From the NCBI GenBank assembly GCA_001655205.1, contig LPNZ01011015.1:1-44349 (forward strand): a stretch of 44,349 bases of DNA. Direction: 5' to 3'. The notes beneath the pieces are model-generated. The model ran no database searches. It was given only the letters and a program-made list of their open reading frames with translations, and was not told where the DNA came from. The position numbers were made by a program, and so were the translations under genes. This document shows, piece after piece, positions 31,501-44,349 of the stretch. The stretch is from Lenisia limosa. Its lineage: Eukaryota > Protista > Breviatea. Each line of letters begins with the position of its first letter. Within the stretch, counting starts at the first letter, position 1.

Positions 31501-32081
31501 AGTTTCATTGTGAAATATCCACAAGTTAACAAAACTAACCCTGTCTGGCCTGAAGATGATGCTGGTACCTCAGGTCCGCCACATCATTGGAAAAGCCCTC
31601 ATAGAACTCTGTTGGGGAGCAAATCCTCAACTCATCAAGGGTGACACCAAGCCGCTGGAATTGTAAATTGGAACCTTCACCTCAGCTATATTTCAAATCA
31701 TGAGTCACAAGATACCTCGTACTGGGTGCTTTTTTTATAAGCATATCAACAGCACCATTATTCAACCTGTATTTTTGAATTACAACGAAACCTCCGGCAA
31801 GAACATAATACTACACTAATGGGAAACATAGTATCCCCAAACATTGAGGGCCATTTCGGAGCGAGGGGAAAGTGTGCAGGGATAGGGTGGGCTTTCATCT
31901 TGTAAAAATTCCTAAGAGATAAATATGACGGGCAGAGAACAGGCAAAGACGTGCAGCAGGCTGAGAGGGAGCGGAGGAATAAACAATAAAACATCCTTAC
32001 AAGGGATATTTGCCTTCTTGTTGACTGTCTTAACGTTGATTGACCTCCAGTAGAACGCAATGAAGAGCTATTATCGTCCAT
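25528..32081 (-). CDS. Long E/R/Q/K-rich coiled-coil protein of unknown function, many exons
   Basis: Start exon MDDNSSSLRSTGGQSTLRQSTRRQISL. Further exons: RLGVTLDELRICSPTEFYEGFSNDVADLRYQHHLQARQ; EQRQRQREEEDIRRRALQAEAG; RRKQIDDEEVRLRADERRREKE; AKLQALLDKQSAAEMRHRSVLEEQ; a Pro/Ser-rich linker; C-terminus YIKKLKATQNKHLLQFLQKEQKKESERNGIL...EVSR/LERIFAIERAEANDLLL/VLTADHDKVLQNEQSRIGVVVY*. Confidence 0.8.
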
Positions 32082-32424
32082 GGCGCTTATTGTAAAAGGG
32101 GAACTACATAGAATTGACCTTCTCTTTCTCTGTCCTGCTTTCTTGAAACATTAGCTCTTAATACATCTTTATAGCCATTTTTGCTGAATTCTAAATTATT
32201 TCCATTTCGTTTTTTTTTCTCTCTCTCATTCATATATAAGATCTCGCTGATCATCATATAGTTTGTAAAGGTTGCGCGACAGCGGCCAAATTGCAGCAAG
32301 TCTGGTGAAATTCGTAGTGAAATTCGTACACTCCAAGGTAGCCCAGGATACTGTGAGAAGGTGAGAAGATTGAGGTACACTTGCCTTTGAATTATTATTT
32401 GTCCGAAACACTCACAACGCAGTG
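32082..32424. promoter_or_regulatory. Putative bidirectional promoter region
   Basis: Spacer between divergent ATGs at 32081 (-) and 32425 (+); contains a tandem GTGAAATTCGTA repeat. Confidence 0.4.
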
Positions 32425-35400
32425 ATGACGCTCTCACTTTTCCCCTCCCTTGAGCACTTCTCCTGTCTACAGAAGGGGAGACTCTGTATAGTCTTGTTTG
32501 GTATTCTACTGGCGACCGCTCAGCTTCTTCTTCACTTTGTGGGTCTTTGGTTCACCCGCCAATAAAGCCGCCAATTTAATTAACCAAGAGATACTCCATC
32601 TGGGTTGTATATGGGGGTTCCACTGTGATTGTTTGATGGTTTGGACATATCAATAGCATTGCTTAAGTGATTTTATTCATCCCCTAATTGTGTAGTACTC
32701 ATATCAATTCGCCGAGTACCCCTCAGAGCCCCTTTATTATGTTGGTAGAGACTGTTACTTCATCCCTGGATAGTTCTATCCGATAACATAATCAGAAAAT
32801 ATCCCCCCTCCCCCTACTCTTCTATCTTGGGGGAAATGTGCAATTGCAGATGGGATTTTCTGGGGGTTTTCCAGAAACAGGACATGAGCAGAGGCTGTTG
32901 AAGAAAAACACCGCTTCAACAATATTACCCATCCAAAATACTTTGTTTTTCTTACTATACATATCGATATTTAAATATCATATAATAATATGATATAATA
33001 TGGCTTATCGATATAATATTTAACATATAACATGTATTACATTTCAAAAGTTGCTTTGTTGTAATTGACTGATTCTGCTCTATCTGTGATTGGTTTCCCC
33101 CCTTCTCCATTTCTGCTTTTCTTGTTATTTCCCAATTTAACCCGATTTCAGATCAAAAACGCACAACTCAACAAATCCGATGGAACGCCTTTCAGTGTCC
33201 CGGAAGTGCAGCTCGGAATGGCCTGGGGCGNNNNNNNNNNNNNNNNNNNNNNNNNNNNNNNNNNNNNNNNNNNNNNNNNNNNNNNNNNNNNNNNNNNNNN
33301 NNNNNNNNNNNNNNNNNNNNNNNNNNNNNNNNNNNNNTATATTATAATTTCTTTATTGGGGTAGTCGTCAAATATATCATTTGTCTAAGTTTTCCTCTGT
33401 GGAGACCCCAAATATATATACTATTACATAATGGGGTATGGGGTCAGATAGTATACATAGTGGGTTATGGGGGTCTGGGGGTGAGCCAAAGATATCATAT
33501 ATAATACTTAACATGTACATGACTGCTCCAATGTGGGTTATGGGGTCAAGGCTCAAAACTTATATAATTAGTACCATCATATATTGGTAATGAAAAAACA
33601 TAAGCTTAGTCTGCTCTTCATGATAATTTTAATGGCTTTAGATCTCCGTCTTCGAAGATGCCAATTTCTCTTCCACCTCTTCAGCCCAGTACAAGTGAGT
33701 GTGGGGTTTCTTTACAGGAAAACGCAGTTTGTCATATTTGATAACGCGGGGAATGTCTTTCTTTAATCGTTAACTAATTCCCCTCAGGAAGGTTGTTTTT
33801 GATGAGACACCAGGAGTGTATACTCACCTGCAGCTCTATACCTTCCGTTTGGGGTGATTAGAATCAATTCAGCTGAAAAAGTATCCGCTACACAAATATG
33901 ATATAGTAATATGGAATACCAAATCATATCATAATGAGTGTATCGATATTTTCCCGTCTTTCGAGGAAGTTAGAAGGTCTCATGCACTCAGTTATTATCA
34001 TCTATGGAGGTGGCCTGTACCCAGGTTTCTGCCTTAATACCGGAAACACTCTCATTGAGAGGCTCTTGCTGACACCATTTGTATGTGGAAGACTGGCAAG
34101 GTTCTCATTACCTGTAAACACTTAACATCGCAGGTGGCGCTGCTTGCCTTTTTGGTTAATGTACTCATCTGGGCCCTCACCAAAAATAGCACAACAGCAT
34201 ATTCAGATTTGTTAAGCAGTAGGCAATTCATGGTAGAAGATAGTAGTATATCCTATTCTTTAACTCTGCTTTATTTGTGCAATTATCTTCAATTATTAAT
34301 CTTCATCTGCACTGTAGAGCATTTACCAAATTTGTGCTCAATCTCAACGCCTGCGCTCAGTGCTGCCTGTCTGCCATTTGATTCTTTTGGTGGGTGGGTG
34401 TTTTTATATCTGCATATAACATGTACTATTTATTAGCTATATTACATGTATATATTAGTGTGGACGCCTTCGGCCAGATACAATCTTATTTTATTTCTCA
34501 TTGCTCTATATCATATATTATCATATATTATTTCATATCATTTAATTATACATATCATGTAGTAGTCGATATGATTATACTACATGCACTGACCGAGAAA
34601 AGGACTTACCCCTTTTCATGAAGGAATATTCCCAGAATGTCAGCTTGAAAACATCAGGCTCGTCCCTTATGGTTTAGTTCGATTTGAGAATTCGTCCCTT
34701 GGAGACACTGATGCCATGTTCAATTTCATGCCATTCTCGTTTTTAATTCGTAGGCACTTAAGACGGTTGTGAATTTCTCTTTCAGACATAATACATAAGA
34801 TGTTGTAATTAGCAAATATTTGTCGTTGTTCTCATATGTTTAGTCTTTGCATTATTCTGTATCCTCATTATTGTGTCGGTAGGCTGGGGACGAACCACAT
34901 GGCGTTTGACTGTTTTTCAGATGTTCTTTTTCGTATTAAGACTCGAGATTTGTATTCCGCTAACATAGAAATTTCCTTCGATTTACTCCTCCAGCTTCGG
35001 ATGAAGGACTTTAAACATGGAGTGGTGAAGGTAGAAGGGACTGCTACATTAAATATTATGCTTGCTACTACTTTTCTGGTGTTTTGTTTTTGCGACATAG
35101 TATCAAAATATAAAATGAGAACTAGGGAAATGGGGATGGGGTAATATACTGTATATAAATCGGGATTTTGTTGGATCCCACATTTATTGTCATCATGACC
35201 GTGTAGGTGTGTGATTTACATCGAGGACCTCGCTTTTTTCGGGTAAATATGAGTGAAATTGAAAGGGAAGACTGTCGCCGAGTGGATTGGCCTGTTCCAA
35301 GACCGCCCCATATGAAACGCGGTATGTTGGGCTCCTGCTTTCAAACTCCGAATTTCAGCAGAACACTATGAGGGTGAACCTTTTCTCTTGTTTATTTTAC

Positions 35401-38302
35401 AGAGGTTTTACTGCCTTGTGTATCCAGCATTTCCTTGGTCATTGACCCCAATCTAAGTTTCTACCAGCGAGTTATTGTAGGCTATTCTCCATGTTTGATA
35501 AAGCAAATGTTTGTTTCCTATATTTCAATGTCCATCCTATCATAATATCAAGCATAATATATATATTATTATTAAATGCCAAAATAAACAATATATGTCT
35601 TTGTACAGAAAACACAATTAATTACAATCTTAATTACCTCCAGATGGAACATAAGTTTACGGTTCGCCATATTTCGAAGTTTTTACTGGTGCTCTTCCTC
35701 ACAATTTTTGTTGTGGTACGCCTATTCCATTTAGGAGTTTTATATTTCATCACTTAACTTTTTATCGAAGATATTATGATATTGTTTGACGAGTGATTAT
35801 GTCAACGAATTCCTACCTTTCTTTACAGTTTAGACTGTTGCCATGAACAGACGTTCTTCCAATGAGGGCATCTATTCAAATCCTGTTGCTGTGGGGGNNN
35901 NNNNNNNNNNNNNNNNNNNNNNNNNNNNAAACAGTATACATTTCAACCTACAGAAATCAATTTTCTCAGAACTGAATATATATAAAAACCGCTAGATCAG
36001 TAAGAGAAATATCACTGACTTTGCAGTACCCCCCACACCGACAAGCCTCATTCCAGTCGGGGAACCAAACGGTGGTTGTCGACAACATCAAGTTCAGTGT
36101 AGATAACGACGGCATTTTCTTCTCTTCGCAGCTCGTGTCCCATACTGAGGTATGCATATCATAGAGGTTATCATCCTGCCAATTTGCATTAATTCCAGCA
36201 CGTCCTTTCACAAAGTAGTCGAAGGTCCCGAAGTCTTCAGAGCTCAACTTTGACCGGAAATGGTGGGGCTACTTAAAAAAGGACTGGGATACTTTTCTGA
36301 AAAGAAAACAAAATGGGAGCTTTGGGTATCGACCTCGTTATTATGTTATAGGATGGAAGAGAGTACTGAGTTTGAAGACACTTTCAAGGACATAAACTCA
36401 TTCTTGGTGGACCTTTCCATTTATAGTTTGCCAGGGATTATTGAGAATGTACTATTCAAAAAAATACCTCTGTAACTATTACCGTTTCAATGGGGTAATA
36501 TGCTCATGTTAGTTCCTCAATGCTTGAAATTATATATGTAGCTGGAGTGTTGGGTGTGGCAGTACTCACCGCCGGCCATTTCATGCAGAGCGATAAGAAA
36601 ATTATTCTCAGCTGCTGTGCCTTCCTTGTGGGTTCCCTTTTTGATGAAGGAGCTTGTTTATTGTATTTTTGTTTTCAGAGTTTGTTATACTATTTAGTTT
36701 TGAACCATTGATCATATCAAATCATATCCCTGACCAATGCGTAGATTCCTGCTGTCCTGTTGGTGTATGCCTTTATAGCGGTCACGGAGGCCAGTTCCCT
36801 GCATGAATATGTTCCAGGTTGGTTTAATGAGGTTCCCAATACTGTTTTGATGTAGCCAAGCGTCCCCAAGTAATCCGAATATACATTTAAGGCCTTTTAA
36901 CTGTCGAACTGTATCTAATTTGCATATTGTAGAGCTCGCTACGCATATTGGTGAGATGCCGCCCGCAATGGAACACGTCTTGGTGGAGCACGGATTCAAG
37001 GATTTGATTTACTGCATGGGTATGCTGGGATCATCGTATGAAATTGGCTTCTCGGAGTGTTATAAGGACATATAGCTACTATAGATAAAAATCTACATAT
37101 CTCTATATTACTAGTCATTTTATCTAGTATTATATGATATATAATTGCCACTCATTTTTTATCGATCACATGATGCTCTAACCACACAGTTGCAACTGAA
37201 TCACATTCAAATGTTGTGGGAGAAACCATGGGACTTATCATATTCATATGTGAGAAGGATGATGAGTTCCCTTTAACTGTTTTTCAATTCGCTTCTTTGT
37301 ATCTTGGGGCCAATGTGTGTGTAATGATATTGCTTTACTCCTCAAGGTGGCACTTTTCTATTTTGCTGTGGCAACTTTATATCTGAAGCAAGTTCGGACA
37401 ACGTGAGTTGGTGTTGAGAATTTCCTTCAACAGATACCTTCCTAGTTCGTACTCTTTGATTGGTTCGCCACCTAAACTCTTCTTACTTTCCAGGTATTTG
37501 AGCAGGAGTACCTTGATGCTGAACGTAGGATGGGGATTGCTTCCTTATTTACACCTCATGCATTCTGTTCACTATGCCTTATCTCATGCTTTCTGTTCAC
37601 TTGCCTTATCTCATGCTTTCAGTGGAGAAGAGTCAAAAAGCCCTTCCTCTTGTTATTCCCGTATGGGGGGGGGGTGTGTTCTTAAGGAGCAATGTCTTAA
37701 TTTGCTATCTGCAGCGTTTCTCACTTTTCCCTCTTAGCTAAACGGTTCGCCCACCATCGGAGTGTATGTGAACTCAGAAGAGGGCCGTTCAATGGACCGC
37801 CAGCGACAGCGAGAACGGGAGGAGATGGCTCTTGCCGACCGCTCAAATGACGACGAGGTTTGCATACATTGCTTTTGCTATTATACATTCCCCGTATTGC
37901 TTTTACATCCGATGAAATGAACCACTTTGATGATGGAATTTCTTTCTTGCTGTCAGGTGTTATTTCAAATCAGTCGAAGTCTGATAGGGAGCTTGAAAAA
38001 GAGCGCGAAGTCAATGAAGCTGAAAAATTACAGGTTGGGGGGAGGGGCCATGTTACTAAATGCACACGGCCAAGTGCCTTGTATGATGTTTACTGTTTCA
38101 GGAAGTTCGATGCTACGATGACACCTACCAAGCCACTCGTGATGTGCCTCTATACGTTGCAGGTATTCGGCACTGTTTGTGACGTACAAATATCTTGCAT
38201 TTCATCGCCTCAAGTCCTTCTGGTTTTCTCTCACTCTACTCAGAAGAAGCTTCTGCACCTGCTTATGATGAAGTTCTTCCGTCATACGCTGACATATTAT
38301 AA
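32425..38302 (+). CDS. Predicted multi-pass membrane protein of unknown function; may be two adjacent genes split near 35600
   Basis: Exons: MTLSLFPSLEHFSCLQKGRLCIVLFGILLATAQLLLHF; YSYQFAEYPSEPLYYV; IKNAQLNKSDGTPFSVPEVQLG; ISVFEDANFSS; hydrophobic VALLAFLVNVLIWAL, SKFLLVLFLTIFVV, LEIIYVAGVLGVAVLTAG, IPAVLLVYAFIAV; charged tail MDRQRQREREEM...ELEKEREVNEAEKLQ; terminus VPLYVAEEASAPAYDEVLPSYADIL*. Confidence 0.55.
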
Positions 38303-38492
38303 TTATGGTAATCTATTAGGGTGGGGTTTGGGGGAGCGCTGTGTATTTTTATTATTATTATTCAAGAGCTAAAAGGAGAATTGTATGGAGTGCATATGAA
38401 AGAAGTGAAGACTCAGTACTTGCTTGCAAACTACCCACCCAAGAACCTAATCAAGAACAGCCTCTACATTGATCAACACTTAGACCGGAGAG

Positions 38493-42492
<4,000 letters not shown>

Positions 42493-42697
42493 ATTTAGAC
42501 ACAAATTTTCCAAATGTACCTAAATATTCAGCGATTTTTTCAGAGAAATGTCTTTCAATTAGTGATTGGTTTTGATTACTTATTAAAATATTATGCGAGC
42601 GATTTTGAGCGCATATTTAAGAACTGATCACAAACCAGGTATGTATTGTTGAGTTATCTAACTTTTAATTCGCTAACTCCACTAGAAGTTCCAAAAA
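42493..42697. promoter_or_regulatory. Putative bidirectional promoter region
   Basis: 205-bp AT-rich spacer between divergent ATGs at 42492 (-) and 42698 (+). Confidence 0.55.
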
Positions 42698-44349
42698 ATG
42701 TTAAAACTCTTGTCCCAGACAGGTCTCCGAAGCCTCTCTCAGTTAGCTGGATGTTAATTTGTATAGTAAACTAATTTAACTTGCTTTTTTGCTCCTCCTC
42801 CCATTCCCCCCTTTCACATTTAATCTGTTTCCAGAGGTGGAGCTATCAGGTTCCTTAGTTCTGCTTCTCAAACAAACAAGGTGCGGTTCCAATGGTCTCA
42901 CTATGCGTTATACCTTCTTGAAAAGATTGCCTTTTCACCCCCCAGTTTTGCTCGAAGCCGCTCTCAGAAACCGGTGCCATCGGTTCGTTGGACTGCGGAA
43001 CAACAAGGTTTGTTATCGCGCATCTCAATCATCATCACCATCAGTGCAACTCACCCCACCATCATCATAAGATCTCTTTCTGACAGTACTTCAGTGTTCG
43101 TTTCATTGCATTTGACAAGAATGGAATGCCGTCCTCTACTGACCAGGTCGAACTCAACCAGATCTTTCCTAAGCCTGGGTATTCTTGGATACACTCAATA
43201 TCCCATCGTCTAGATTTCAAAGTGTTCGATATTTGGGAGTAGAGGTCCATGCATTAGGATTTGACCTCGGCAGATGGGCCGAACATGACCCGACAGACGT
43301 GATGGCGAAGGTGAATTCGGTCATGGACGCCGCCCGCTCAAGCACTGATGNNNNNNNNNNNNNNNNNNNNNNNNNNNNNNNNNNNNNNNNNNNNNNNNNN
43401 NNNNNNNNNNNNNNNNNNNNNNNNNNNNNNNNNNNNNNNNNNNNNNNNNNNNNNNNNNNNNNNNNNNNNNNNNNNNNNNNNNNNNNNNNNNNNNNNNNNN
43501 NNNCTTCACCACCACGCCACGATGCTGACGTGACCAGGGAATGGGCGTGACAAACCATCGCGAGTCCATTGTCGTCTGGGATAGTGTCACTGGTGAACCC
43601 CTGCATAACGCCGTCCGTATGGGGGTGCTGATACTGTATGATCTTCTCAATTGAAACGAAAAGATCGAAAACAGTTGGAGACTATGGGGGTGTAGCAAAT
43701 GCCATAACTGTTCTTGTTTGATTGAACACGAAACAGACAGACACACCAATTCCCCTCTCACTCCCCCCCAGTGTGGCTTGACACTCGTAACCAAGAGTCG
43801 GTAACTCAGGTAGCTAACCAAGGCAACGATGTTTCGGAAAGAATCAGGAAGGTGACTTCTTTTTTTTTTTTTAACAAGAGAAATAATATACATTAGAAAT
43901 CTAGGGAAACAAATAAATACATCGACATCAGAGTCCATAGAGGAAACCCTTAAATACGAACATATTGATATTGTAGCTATCTGGCCTCCCTCCCTCCACT
44001 TACTTCTCTGCCTACAAGTTGAAGTGGCTCCTTGACAATGTGCCTGATGTCAAGTTAGCTTTTGGGTTCTGGCTGTATTAAGTGCACACATATGATATTT
44101 TTATCACATTCAATATATTGGGATTTTATTGATACAGTGCTTTTAGGGGATTTTATTGATACAGTGCTTTTAGGGGATTTTTCTCTTTGTTGTGATTGAA
44201 GGTTAACGTTTTAGGAAGGCTGCAGACTCCGGACGACTCATGGCTGGCTGCATGGACACATGGATGATCTGGGTGGGGGCATAGACTAATGATCTTGGTG
44301 GGGGCATGGACACATGGATGATCTCGGTGGGGGCATGGACACATGGATG
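42698..44349 (+). CDS. GK: Glycerol kinase (FGGY family), 5' part, with a mitochondrial-type presequence; continues beyond the right edge
   Basis: [82 protein letters not shown] and [14 protein letters not shown] match the glycerol kinase motif order. Confidence 0.92.
44120..44181. repeat. 27-bp intronic tandem repeat, about 2.3 copies
   Basis: GGGATTTTATTGATACAGTGCTTTTAG starts at 44120, 44147 and 44174 (partial). Confidence 0.9.
44251..44349. repeat. ~29-bp tandem array copying the glycerol kinase exon end and donor site
   Basis: CATGGACACATGGATGATCT(G/C)GGTGGGGG at 44251 and 44305, a degenerate 25-bp copy at 44280 and a partial copy at 44334. Confidence 0.9.

Noticed and set aside
32087-32437. 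Minus-strand ORFs upstream of the coiled-coil gene
   Set aside because: They fall in the divergent promoter spacer and opposite the first exon of the plus-strand gene; no consistent spliced frame was found.
35966-36247. 93-aa Cys/Trp-containing minus-strand ORF
   Set aside because: The plus strand has properly spliced exons here (SVREISLTLQYPPH…), and the ORF has no recognisable motif.
44141-44176. TTTTAGGGG telomere-like motifs
   Set aside because: Only two copies, embedded in a 27-bp intronic tandem repeat.

Overview
Gene-dense, very intron-rich eukaryotic nuclear DNA, probably from a protist (an amoebozoan is plausible but is only an inference). It uses the standard genetic code and GT-AG introns and contains 15 assembly gaps. 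Gene models were built by hand from splice sites and motif continuity, so internal exon boundaries are approximate. In order: a large unknown coiled-coil gene (-, runs off the left edge); a RAB5IF/EMC6-family small membrane protein (+); a DBP3-like DEAD-box helicase (+); topoisomerase III beta (-); tRNA-Lys(UUU); a ubiquitin-like/ankyrin-repeat gene (+); a second identical tRNA-Lys(UUU); a long E/R/Q/K-rich coiled-coil gene (-); an unknown multi-pass membrane gene or gene pair (+); a 26/29-kDa-proteinase/CfaD-type papain-family protease (-); and a glycerol kinase with a mitochondrial-type presequence (+, runs off the right edge). I cannot establish a new multi-gene system. The strongest unexplained signals are: a 97-bp hAT-type MITE with a perfect 8-bp target-site duplication in a DBP3 intron; an 86-bp perfect direct repeat (the two tRNA-Lys genes) bracketing the Ubl-ankyrin gene; recurrent short tandem duplications that copy splice junctions; polarised G-runs after donors and C-runs before acceptors; and repeated TATCGATA palindromes.
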